A stretch of 64,000 nt of DNA from Octopus vulgaris (Eukaryota): assembly GCA_951406725.2 (NCBI GenBank), contig OX597815.1, forward strand, positions 194,928,001 through 194,992,000, read 5' to 3'. Made by a program: the position numbers and the translations under genes. Below the pieces are notes generated by a model. It did not search any database. It was not told the DNA's origin and was given only the letters and a program-made list of their open reading frames with translations. Below, one piece after another: positions 43,391-55,660 of this stretch; the first letter of the stretch is position 1, and the number at the start of each line of letters is the position of its first letter.

Positions 43391-44552
43391 TATTGTTATA
43401 TTTTGGAATGGTCATTTTGCCAGTTTAGCCAAAAAAAAAAGAATAGGGAAGGCCAACCCTTGGTATGATAGCCATAAATACCAGAGTGTCATGTTCGTTG
43501 ATACCACCCCTGGAGGTGAACTGGCGTACCGCTTTAGAAGGACCCCAGACAAACTTAAGCTAAAGATTAAGGTTGTTGAAAAGCCAGGCAACCCTATCAA
43601 ATCGATAATTGGTAAAACCTATACTTTTAGTAGAACCCCCTGTACGGATAAGTACTGTACTGCATGTAGTTTAGCCCACAAACAAACTGTAAAGCCAGAA
43701 ATGTAGTCTATAGTATAAGATGTATAGAGGGACGATGCAGTAACAAGACAACGACATACGTAGGGGAAACGGCAAGAAGCATAGGAGAGCGGGTAAATGA
43801 ACATAGGAGACAACTCAAGGAAGGTTAAAACTCATCGATTCTGTACCAACATGCCGAACAGGAACACGGGGGATCAATCAACAACATAGAAATTAAAATA
43901 TTGTCCATACAGATGCAACAATCAGACAAATTACAGAAGCTACACACATAAAAGAAAATAAACCTAGTCTGAATAGAAAACTAGAATGGAACACTAGCAC
44001 ACACCACAACATATGATGGTAGAGGACCCCGAAAACATAATAAATACACAGATAAATAAACAAATAGAAATAAATAACTATATATATATATATTTTTTGA
44101 ATTATTATTATTATTACTAGTATTGTTGTTATACATACATACATACAAGCATATGTAGTGATAATAATAAGTGGATGTAAACACATGAACAAAATAAGAA
44201 TAAACAAAAACAACAACAAAAACAAATTACATGAACGTATATAAACAGAAGATACAAATAATACAGGCATCCCCCCACACACGCTAAATAAACATAGACG
44301 CACATAGAGATATAAGCATGCGCAAATGAAGACATACAATAGAAATACAAAATGGCTGACGGTTAGTAAGGAGAGACACAAATAAGAAAGAAGAAAACAA
44401 AGGAGCACTGATGCGGTCACAGGAGTGTGACGAAATAAGATTAAGATTAATGTAAAAAATAAATAACACTGGAGCAAAGTAACACCAAATATATAGTGCG
44501 TGTGTTTTTATTGGCTAAACTGGCAAAAAGACCATTCCGAAATATAACAATA
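43391..44552 (+). mobile_element. 5'-truncated Penelope-like element: linker plus CCHH-type GIY-YIG endonuclease, with inverted termini
   Basis: SVMFVDTTPGGEL..IKVVEKPG..C..C..C; VYSIRC..YVGETARSIGERVNEH..LYQHAEQEH..EATHIKENKPSLNRKLEW. Inverted repeat 43391-43432 / 44511-44552. Confidence 0.85.
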
Positions 44553-44586
44553 ATAGCGATACCTATAAAAACATAAGAACAGCATC

Positions 44587-44629
<43 letters not shown>

Positions 44630-44677
44630 GTAATAGTAATAATAATAATAATAATAATTATTATAATAATAATAATA

Positions 44678-44726
<49 letters not shown>

Positions 44727-44744
44727 TAACAAAATTAATAATAA

Positions 44745-45753
44745 GGAGCTCTTTGCAAGGCCTTTTTAGAATCAACAATATAGAGTTGAGTAAATCTTCT
44801 AGGTTGATTGTTTTCAGGATGTAAGTTGCTTGCATGATGATAGACTTGTCCTTGCAAGCGGAAACAGCCGGGGCCATGGCCAGGGTGTGATGTAACAGTG
44901 GCTCCAAATGAGGCGAATGAACACATTGAATTATAGTTTTTGATGTCCTGTCTTAAGTTCTTTCCTTTAATGTTGGTATTTTCCAAAATTTGTTTTAACT
45001 GGTCAGGATATTCTTGTAGATTCGGCAAGGAAACTTTACCACTATGGCAACAATTAAGTGCTTCCTGCGGAAATCTACGTGCATGGCAGGGTGGGCATAC
45101 TACGTTCATCTCACCAATCGTAAATTGAGAATTTTATTGTTATTTTATTATATTCCGTCTTCCTATTTGAGTACTGTCTGTCATAAGATAATTCTGTGTT
45201 TTAGTTTCTTCCGTATCTTTCCTTCTACCTTGAATTCTGTTTCTCATATCTTGAAGGTAATTCTGCCTTTCATCTTCGTCCATATTTTTCCTTCTTTGTT
45301 GAAATCTGCTTCCCATATGTTCAAAGTACAGCTACCTTTGCTCTTAACTCATATTTTCTCTCTGCTCTATAGATCTCTATCTCTCTTGTTTTGAAAACTC
45401 ACTTCTCTTTGGTTATTTCTTCTATCCTTTGCTGATTAATTTCCTTCCTATCACGTAGGATGCGCCCCCTTTCCTCTTGACTTATTTCGTCTCTTCATTG
45501 TCTTATCCTTATTTCCTCCTGCTGGACCTAGAGCAATCGTTCTCTCCTACGCTGACACCCACGTACTACGTCTCTCATGCAATTATCTATAACTTAAAAC
45601 TTGCTATTAAAACAATAAATCGCCAGAATGATTTACAGTGTTTCAACTGAAAAACATATACAAATGTATTAGACAGCGTTTATTTCCACCACGCGACACT
45701 TATCTCAAACATATTCTGACTAACCTAAACCATACACACACAAAAATACTTTG

Positions 45754-45823
<70 letters not shown>

Positions 45824-46284
45824 ACATGTCTGTGTTTCCTTTAGTTTTTGTTTACTTACATACATCAACAAATGAGCCAGAAATCCTAACTTAAAAAATA
45901 CAGAAAGAAAAAAGACATTGTTGTGTTCCGAAGCCAAAAGATGATTTTTAGCTGAAGTACAATTTCATAATAAAAACAAATTCAATCTTTAAATTTTGGA
46001 GCAAAACACTCACCATTTTCTCTGGTGTATGTCCGCCGTTGAAATGGATTAAAACAAATGTATGTGTGTGGTTGGGCCTTTAATAGCAGTTTACCTTCAG
46101 TCGCGGAAAGGAATTCAAAATGGCAACACGCACACATACACAAACACATACATAGAGAGAGGCAGCCAGAGAGACAGAAAGTGTTAGTCCACAACGAAGT
46201 TTTAAACACTCTCTCTCTCTACCCGTCATTTTGCCACTGACTGGAATTCTTTTAGTTGTGTCTTCAAGTTCTTTCTCATACATA

Positions 46285-46337
<53 letters not shown>

Positions 46338-47480
46338 AGTTTTTCTCTTGCTATTAAAACAATAAATGTCCAAAATGATTCAGTGTTTCAATTGAAAAAC
46401 ATATACGAAAGTATAAGACAGTTTTTGCTTAGGATACGTTATCCAATATTTGCTGTGGTTGAAAACACAAAAGAAACACCACCTTCCTTTGAGTCACCAC
46501 TCACTCCCCTCTCTCTCTTTCTCTCGCTCTCTCTCTCACTCCCTCTCAGTCCCTCCAATATCAGTAGTTAATGATTAAAAAAATAAAGGACGTCGTTTTA
46601 CTTATATGCTTGTACATAATTAGGAGTGCAAATGTGCAAATTGAAATGCAAAAGAACGAAATAATAAATGGATTTATGAATGAAAGTTTGGTAATTGCGT
46701 TTATTTCTACCACGCGACACTTATTTTTGCAAACATGTTTAACTAACCTAAACTATACACACACACACAAATACAGTCATATATATATGTCTGGAGTTGT
46801 AGCTGTAATTCAAAGGGGCCAGCCTTGTCATATTCTGTGTGAGGCTGAATCTCCCTCAGAACTACATTAATGTTATGTATGCCTGTGGAGTACTCAGCTA
46901 TTTGTGAGTTAATTTTATTCTCGTGTGGTAATGAAAAGTGAAATTGACATCCAATATTTGCTGTGACTATGTATATATGTATGAACGTTTCTTTGGATTT
47001 ATGTATTTACTGTCTCTCTCACTTTCTCTCTCTCTCTCTCTCCTTTACTTCCTTTGTGTCCATTTTCTTTCCCGCTTTTGATATAACAATGTATTTACTT
47101 CTCTTGCGATGTAATAAACATTTTAAAACACTGCACGAACGCCGTACCCACTTACTGTCTCTTTCACTCCCTCTCTTTGTCTCTCACTTTTCTCACTGTT
47201 TTCGGCTCGTACGTCCTCTCTGAAACATTTAAAAATACGAAACGAATGCGTCACCACTCACTGTCTCTTTCCCTCCCTCTCTCTCTTACTTCCTCTCTGA
47301 AACATGTAAAGACACAAAACGAACGCAGTCACCATTCACTATCGCTTTCACTCTCACTCTCTTTCTCTCTTACTTCCTCTCAGTCCTCTTCTCTCTCGCT
47401 TTCCCACTCCTTTGATGTAAGTGTGATATACACACATCAAGTACGTACACAAACGAAAGTAAGCGTATTTATATTATTGA
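44745..47480 (-). mobile_element. Helitron 5' remnant including N-terminal RepHel fragment (44745-45120)
   Basis: CPPCHA..CCHSGKVSL..YNSMCSFASFG..GP.CFRLQGQVYH..QLYIVD; probable 5' end A|TCAATAATATAAATACG at 47480; internal duplications (45601 / 46348). The full extent is inferred. Confidence 0.75.
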
Positions 47481-47509
47481 TAATAATAATAATTAAAATT
47501 GGCACTACG

Positions 47510-48100
47510 CGAATACAATAGATGCCATGACAATGTGGCAAGAATGATTCATTGGGAACACTGTGGAAATCACCGCCTACAAAGCGCAAATACGTGGTAA
47601 CAGCAAATCTCAAAAATGTGTCACCGAAAACGAGAATTGCAAAATTCTGTGAGATGCAAAATCCAGTGCGATCCCCTAAGCAGACATCAGAAGCCGGACA
47701 TTGCTGTTGTGAATAAAAATGAAAGAACAGGTACGATAATCAACATAGCATGCCCTGGTGACAACAGGATCAATGTAAAAGAAGAAGAGAAAATAAATAA
47801 CTATTACAATTTAAAGTGGGAAAAAAGAAGGTTGTCGTCAATGAAGAGAGTACACATGATACCAGTAATAACTGGTGCACTTGGAATATCAGCACTCAAC
47901 TACCAACATTGATGAAAAAGATAGGTGCGAGTGTGAAGGTAGAACAGCTACAAAAATAAGCATCGCTTGGAACTGCAAGAATTTCTTTCGCAGGGTTCTT
48001 GAAGCAATGACCAGTAAACATGTGTCACCTAAGTTTGACGGCTGTGGACAGCTGACACATTCCATCATACGTAGCAATATAAGCTGTGAGATTTATTACA
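47510..48100 (+). mobile_element. R4/Dong LINE 3' fragment (restriction-like endonuclease)
   Basis: CHDNVARMIHWE..KPDIAVV..INIACPGDNRINVKEEEKI..IPVITGALG; flanked by (AAT)n. Confidence 0.85.
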
Positions 48101-48189
48101 CCACCGCCACCAGCACAATCACCACCAACAACAATAATAACAACAAAAACAACAACAGCAACAACAACAATAAAAAAATAATAATAATG

Positions 48190-48559
48190 ACAACGTGTCT
48201 CTAAAAGAAATGGAGAAACTTTAAAAATACAAAGACCTGGAAATAGAGGTAACGCGAATGTAGAATCTAAAAACAGAAACAATTCCTATCGTAGTAGTAG
48301 CATTAGGTATGTTAAAAAGATATTCAGACAAATACATAACAAAACACCAGGACTTACAAATATATAATAACATACACAAAATTGCACTACTGGGCACTGT
48401 ACACATCCTACGCAAAACATTTTCAATACAGTAACCATCAGAGCATCATAACAAATCACAGCACATAGAGCTGCACCCGGCAGTGAAGTGAAAGCACGTA
48501 ATAAAAATAAAACTACAGAATAATAATAAAACTACAGAATAATAATAAAACTACAGAAC

Positions 48560-48560
<1 letters not shown>
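48190..48560 (+). mobile_element. R4/Dong LINE 3' end, second family
   Basis: KYKDLEIEVTRM..IPIVV.ALG..KIALLGTVHILRKT; tail unit aataaaactacagaat x3, then (AAT)n. Confidence 0.85.
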
Positions 48561-48615
<55 letters not shown>

Positions 48616-48819
48616 GTTTTTTTTTTTTTTTTGTATTTTAATTTAACTTAAAAAAAAAAAAAAGAAAAATGAACGAACTACTGAGTTTGGTTTAATGGCC
48701 TACCAATATACACTATGAGTTTCTTTGCCCTAGGAGTCGGGAAGACACTCGGCAAGAAATGGAAGAAAATTTGAAAGAAGAAAAAAAAAAGTAATAATAA
48801 TAATAATAATAATTATAAT

Positions 48820-49020
48820 CATCTTGAGAATTACATGGAACAAATAGGGGCTGCAACAAGGGTGGAGCACTTGCAGAAAACAGCACTATTTGGAACTGTT
48901 CAAATACTTCGGATGGTACTCAAAAACAAGGGGCGTTACATTAGTTCACTGGTAGTGAACAGCTGACATCATAGTACATCTCCAGCGTTATAAGCTGTGC
49001 AAAGACAATAAAATAATGAT
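48820..49020 (+). mobile_element. R4/Dong LINE short 3' end
   Basis: LENYMEQIGAATRVEHLQKTALFGTVQILRMVL between (AAT)n tracts. Confidence 0.75.
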
Positions 49021-49029
49021 AATAATCAT

Positions 49030-49190
49030 TTCTAATAAACGCACAAGGCCTGAAATTTTGGAGAGGGATACTTAATTTACCAACTCCGAAAGGATGGAAG
49101 GCAAAGTCGACCTCGGGGCAATTTGTACTCAGAACACAGCGGCAGACGAAAAACCGCTACGGATTTCACCCGGCGTGTTAACGATTCTGC
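49030..49190 (-). mobile_element. SINE family B, degenerate
   Basis: ccgaaaggatggaaggcaaagtcgacctcgg core. Confidence 0.8.
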
Positions 49191-49202
49191 CAATAATAAT
49201 AA

Positions 49203-49303
<101 letters not shown>

Positions 49304-49399
49304 GTAGTAGTAGTAATAATAATAATGCCGCGCTAACTATGGTTCCTCTGGTAATCTTCACACCACTGTAGAAATTAGAAGATAAATAAAATATGACCA

Positions 49400-50490
49400 G
49401 TGTGTGTAGTAATTCGTCAACTTTGCTCTCGTATAGCTACTTAAATATCTACATCACAAAATGATAAGAAACCACTCGAGTAGTAATATTACCAGCATAC
49501 ATAGATAGGACAAACACGTAGCAGCCTTGGTGGAAACTCAAAAGAAATGTTCTCTAGAAATTTCAAAAACTATAGGAAAATAGCTAAAGAAAGTTTACTA
49601 ATAGACGAAAGAAACAGAAGTAGAACTATACAGAAATGTTGTGGGAAGAAAAAAACAAGCTAGAAGTATACTACCGATTGTCACGATAACAAACGGAAAT
49701 CATACGAAGAGGTTTACGTATCTAATCAACTACAACATCATTTGGAAGTTTCGAAGATAGGAAATTTCGTTACTGCATACATTAAGAGCAAAAGCTGGTT
49801 ATAGTAACATCGAAGAATATATTCCATATATGATTCTACACTTCGGAGTCAGAGATCAAATAGAATACGGAATATATTTAAAAAGAGCAAAGCAACCTTT
49901 ATATGCAGAACTGGAGTGCGTTACAAATCTTTACTTATGAAGGTTTATTTTACTTGTAATTTTACTCAATGCATAGAAGTTAATATAGAGCTCTCGATGA
50001 TGCAGTCAGTACCAGAGTGCACCAAACATTGCTACAAAAACGGACAATGAATATGCTACTGCGAGGTGCTAAAGGAACTGAGGATCTACTCTCCAGAGAG
50101 AAGATATGAAACATATGCGTATGGAAGATCCTAGAAACTTTAGCTCCCATCATTGGAACTGAAAGCTGTACCACTGCTTAGAACCAAAAACCTTATCTTA
50201 TACATGTAAAATAAGGACCCGTTGCTGTCACAGTTTAGTTTTCAAGGGTCCGCATCTGATCAACTTTATGCGAGACAGCCTCTGAGATTAGGGAGTCGTA
50301 GATACTGAGGTTTTCGATTAATACATGGACAGCGTTTTATCTGAGTTATCAGATAGACGTGCGTCGCAGCAGGAAGATAAAAGAAAGACAATTCCATCCA
50401 ACACTCTACCTAAACCGAAACTTTAAAGGAAAGAAACCTAGTGATGCTTACAGCCTGCGCCCCACCATTTCCTCACGCTCTATTAGAGAA
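49400..50490 (+). mobile_element. Possible highly decayed Gypsy gag-protease region
   Basis: Weak gag-like pattern (IGNFVTA..AGYSNIEEY..GVRD); many stops. Confidence 0.3.
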
Positions 50491-50509
50491 AAAAATAATA
50501 CACACACAC

Positions 50510-50552
<43 letters not shown>

Positions 50553-50571
50553 TATGTATATATATACATAG

Positions 50572-50675
<104 letters not shown>

Positions 50676-51635
50676 ATACACACGCATAGGTGTGTATATC
50701 GTTTCTACTCCTTTTGGGAATATATTCTTGTTTGCATTATCTCCCGTGTTATATTGGTATTTAGAAGACACGATAAAAATCTACATAATATTAAAAAATG
50801 TTGATACATCCATGAAAGAAATTGCACATTATTTTCTAAATACCATAGCAATTACAAAAAAAAAAAAAAACACAACAAATTTATTAATATACCCTTAAAC
50901 ATTAACCTAATTTAAAACTGCAGTTTATTTAGAGGCTAATCTGAAAGTCGATTATTAACGGAAAGGTATTCTGAGTCTTATTTATCTTTATCAGAAAAGT
51001 GCAAATAGCTTTCTGTGTATGATAATCATTCCTGCGAGAAAGCTAATATCATTCAATTGGCTCCCAGCACACTTACCACACCACTTTTGCAGCTTACGCC
51101 TACTTCAATGCTAATATATGATAATACTACCAGTAGTTGCAAAGGTTATGCACAGATCATTAAGAATAATTTAGTCTTTGATGACGAAATGTTCTTTGAT
51201 CTAAAAATGTCAAAATTCATTCCTGAGAATTCAATGCACTTCACTATTAGCAAGAATTTATTTTCATAAAAAAGCGGTAAGAAACAATCAGTGATAAGAC
51301 GAAAATGTCTCCACACCCTTGAACTAGCTATGCACATAGTAATATTGATGCATATAGATTTCAATATCTCAATGTGAACATGTATATGTATATTCTGTAA
51401 CTGATATTCATATTCAATGTATATTCTATTGTAAACACCTACACATGTAGATACGAATGCAAAAAACAATGCGCACACTTGTTTCAACTCCATAAGTGCA
51501 CACACACACATATACACGATTACACATACACACAATTATAAACAAATATGTGTGCGTGTACATGAATGTATAGAGAAAGAGAAAGAGGCAATCGTGCGGA
51601 TAAAGGAATAAATTATAACAAGTTGGGCCTGATAT

Positions 51636-51710
<75 letters not shown>

Positions 51711-51712
<2 letters not shown>

Positions 51713-51921
51713 CGGGAAGCTTTATGAAAATCAACAAATGACGAAGGCAGGTGGTGGAGTACAAACAAAGAAGCGTATTAGTATGGCGCTCAGGAATATG
51801 AATAAAATAAGTCTTTTACGTTTGGAGCCTACGCTCTTCAACAGAAAGGTACACAGAAAAGAAACACGGAGAGAAACAAGGAGAGAAAAAAATGCGTGCA
51901 GAAGCTAGCGATTCAACATGG

Positions 51922-51923
<2 letters not shown>
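51711..51923 (-). mobile_element. Penelope-derived repeat with variant hammerhead motif
   Basis: Minus strand CTTT-CTGTTGA-A-GAGCgtagGCTC-cAAACGTA-AAAG at 51813-51848; (TA)n on both sides; terminal stub also at 40051-40077. Confidence 0.7.
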
Positions 51924-51982
<59 letters not shown>

Positions 51983-51991
51983 CACACCAAG

Positions 51992-52189
51992 TCTTCTTAC
52001 TCTTTTACTTGTTTCAGTCATTAGCCTGTGGCCATACTAGAGCATCACCTTTAGTCGGGCAAGTCGACCCCAGAACCTATTCTTTGTAAGCCTAGTACTT
52101 ATTCTATCGGTATCTTTTGCTGAACCGCTAAGTTACGGGGACGTAAACACATCACCATCGTCAAGACATGTTGGGGGGGACAAACACAA

Positions 52190-52258
<69 letters not shown>

Positions 52259-52407
52259 TTCGACGGGCTTCTTTCAGTTTCCGTCTACCAAATCCACTCA
52301 CAAGAATTTGGTCGGCCCGAGGCTATAGTAGAGTACACTTGCCCAAATCGCCACGGAACCATATGGTTTGTAGCCAAGTATTTTACCACAGAGCCACTCC
52401 TACGCCT
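51992..52407 (-). mobile_element. SINE family A
   Basis: Matches other family A copies. Confidence 0.88.
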
Positions 52408-52424
52408 AAATATATATAAGTATA

Positions 52425-53000
52425 TATCCTTAAATCCTTAAAAATGTCTTAGCCCGAAGGCCGCGGCCATGCTGGGGCACCACCGCTGAATGAGCTACAC
52501 TGATATGTGAATCCACCTCTGATACGTGGCACTTGATCAACAAGGGAGTTCGATGCTGTCGTGAGGTAGGGTCATCTGGGACTCCCGACAAGAAGAGATC
52601 CAGTTTAGTTTTAAAGGAACCCACATCCACACCATGTAAGTCTCTCAGGCATTTAGGGAGGATGTTAAAGAGCTGTGGTCCTTTGAAACCCAAGCTGTTG
52701 CAGTATCTGGTCCTGTATTTTGATGGTGATGGAATCTTTGGCACCATGCAGTGGCGCTTCGTTCTGCGGTTGGGGTAACTTTGAATGTCAAAGTTTGGGA
52801 GAAGACCCTCCAGGATTTTCCAGATGTATATCACCGCATATCTCTTTCGCCTCCGCTCTAGGGAGAAGAGTTTTAATATCTTCAGTCTTTCCCAGTAGCT
52901 GATATTTTGCATTGAGACGATCTTCTTTTTGTAGCTTCTCTGAATTGCTTCGAGTTCTGCTGTTAGTTTTATATTGTGTGGTGACTATAGTTGGGAGCAG
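52425..53000 (-). mobile_element. CR1/L2-group LINE 3' fragment
   Basis: SYWERLKILKLFSLERRR.RY..IWKI..GPQLFNILP..SFKTKLDLFL; TTTAAGGA repeat tail. Confidence 0.88.
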
Positions 53001-54102
53001 TATATATATTCAAAGTTGGGAGCAGAATATATATTCAAAGACATCAATACTCATGAGAGGTAATAATGTTAGTGACTTCAAGCTAAAGCTGTTTCGGCAA
53101 AATCAAATTTGAAATGTATAAAAAAAAACGAATTACATATAAAAAGTGATATTTTTTAGAAAACACCAGCTTTGGTACAAATAGGAGTCGAAACACTCTG
53201 AAGCCACAAAAATGAAAGCTATATTTGCACAGGTATGGTTGAGACAAAAAGAATTGAAATAAGGATTAATTCTTAGCTTGGTAACATTGCAAGAAGGAAT
53301 GTCAGTTATACATGATATGATTGCGAATTTAACGCAAAAACATGCTTGATTCATCTCAATCAAATTGGAAACCATGATATCATCTTAAGTGACATTCATT
53401 CTTGCAGATTTGCAGAGGTAAGGCTCAATACTTATTTTTTTATCAAACATATTTGAAAATATACTATGTATATATGTATGTATGTATTATACATGCAAAC
53501 AGAAAGAAAACACCCCCGCACACACACAGAGGCACACACACACATACACACACACCACAGAGGCATGTATACATGTGTCTGTATGTGTGTAAGGGTATGC
53601 ATTTATCAATTTCACGGGGTCAAAACTCACCTGCATTTTCAACATGATTTATTTCTTCTGTAGTACTTGCTTTGATTAATATATATATATACACTTACAC
53701 GTGTGTGTGTGTGTGCTTCTGTGTTTTTATATATACAGTATTCTCCTTTATATGTATGTATCAACTCTATCCCCCAGGGCACTTTGAATAATTTGTGGTG
53801 TTTTACCCAACCGGCAGCGTGAAGGAAGAAGACTCTAAAATGTGTAATTAACAAGTTACATAATAAAAATAGGAACAAGATTCAAACAATAATTTAACTT
53901 CTTTACTGATATCAGCCCAAGCCTACTATATAATATACGTAAGATATTTTTAGTATGAGTTCTATTTAGCACTAATTCCTCATGAGATTCGCAATAGACC
54001 TAACAGAAAAGGGAATTAACTTTATATCGCGATAATGCGATATTTAAAATTCTTGAAGTAGTTGACTACTTGAAATAATACGTTCAGAAACCCGGCAAAC
54101 AT

Positions 54103-54270
54103 GTTGTACATGCAGATTTTCATTCCACTGAAGTAGTGGCAACTTTATGCCAGAGAGGGCAGAGTAGAGAACAGGTCCCTGTCTTGACCTGGACTACCGT
54201 ATTTTAGTGGGTAGAAAAATGTAAGACAGTTTGACTGAAAAATATTATATTTTAATGTTTTAAAGAACCT
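54103..54270 (+). repeat. About 168 bp segment duplicated at 55926-56094
   Basis: gttgtacatgcagattttcattccactg...gttttaaagaacct occurs twice. Confidence 0.9.
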
Positions 54271-54387
54271 CGAAATGTTGTTCATGTCAAAGGATATAGA
54301 TAAATACGTATTAATATTAATTCCGTTAATAACCGACTATACGCGATATTTGTAACCGCTAATCTGCAAAAATAATAAATAAAGTAT

Positions 54388-54627
54388 ATGCGCCCTTTTA
54401 AAGCCTAGCCAGGCACATGGGCCCGGTTTCCCGGTTTCCTTGGCGTATATGTTCCCCAGCTGGACGGGACGCCAGTCCATCGCAGTGTTACTCATTTTTG
54501 ACAGCTGAGTGGACTGGAGAAACGTGAAATGAAGTGTCTTGCTCAAGAACACAACGCGTTGCCAGTCCAGGAATCGAAAACACAATCTTACGATCATGGT
54601 GCTAACCACTAAGCCACGCGCCTCCAC
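54388..54627 (-). mobile_element. SINE family C2
   Basis: Near copy of 20333-20582. Confidence 0.88.
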
Positions 54628-55080
54628 AATCTGCAAACATCCATAGTAGTAATTAACTATATGCTGAACAATTAACAACTACTTTGACATTTCTTACATA
54701 GAGATATTCAACCAGCTTCTGCTGCTGAGTGCTTGAACATTTTTATCCTTCCCACTACACGTGACCAATGTCAATTAATGACGCAGGAGAACTACAATAA
54801 TTTATTTGAATTCCAATTAATGGCGTTTGAACAAACACAGAAAAGAAGGAAACCCGGCGTAATTTAGTCATTAAACCCGAACGAATGAGTATTAGAACGT
54901 GGGACGCACAATGTATGAAAAACACAAGTGGCACAATAAATGAATATCGTTTCAGCTAATTGTTGTTTAAGCATATATAGTGAAGATTTTATGTAAATAC
55001 AGATCGACTGGACTTGTTTATCAAGAAGAAAGTTAGAAAACGCAGAAGAAGCACTCCTTTGCTACATTCTAAACGTATAG

Positions 55081-55513
55081 GGACGTTTTCGGCTTGAACG
55101 ACAGTTTTTAACATAATTTCTAGGTAACTAAAAAAATTTTAAACTTTGTATATTGGCAGAATGTGTTTATAAAACACATTTTTTTTTCTTGGCTCTATTG
55201 AGAAAAATCTATAGTTTGTAAGATATTTGTTGTTTTTTTTCTTCAATTTCTGCAATTTCAACCAATCAGTGATGTCTATTGAGGTAAAAAAATTCTGTGC
55301 CGTATGAATATGTCCCTCGTTTAAGAAACAGATTTGGTTTATTTACATTTGTGAAGAAAAAAAGATAGCCTTCCCCCCCCCTAACCCTAACCCTAACTAA
55401 CCCTAGCCCTAAAACAGATTGAAATGCAATAGATTGATACTAGGGTCATAATTATGGGTGACAATTTCATATGACACCGCTAGAAAAAACTGCCGTTCAA
55501 ACCGAAAGGATCC
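55081..55513. mobile_element. MITE with 8-bp TSD (Merlin-like) containing (TAACCC)n
   Basis: Imperfect TIR GGA..TTTCGG.TTGAACG.CAGTTTTT; perfect TSD ACGTATAG. Confidence 0.85.
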
Positions 55514-55660
55514 ACGTATAGCAACCTGAAAACTAATGTTGTATCTAATTGTAATATCATGTATTCTTTCATTGCATAAGCATAATGAACCAATTTCACG
55601 AAGGAATGTGTTAGAGTTTGGACGTTCTGTCTTTAGTACTGAATAGTGTGAAGATTAGGG

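Noticed and set aside
55378-55411. Telomere or chromosome-fusion site
   Set aside because: Only a few units, and they lie inside a TIR/TSD-bounded MITE.
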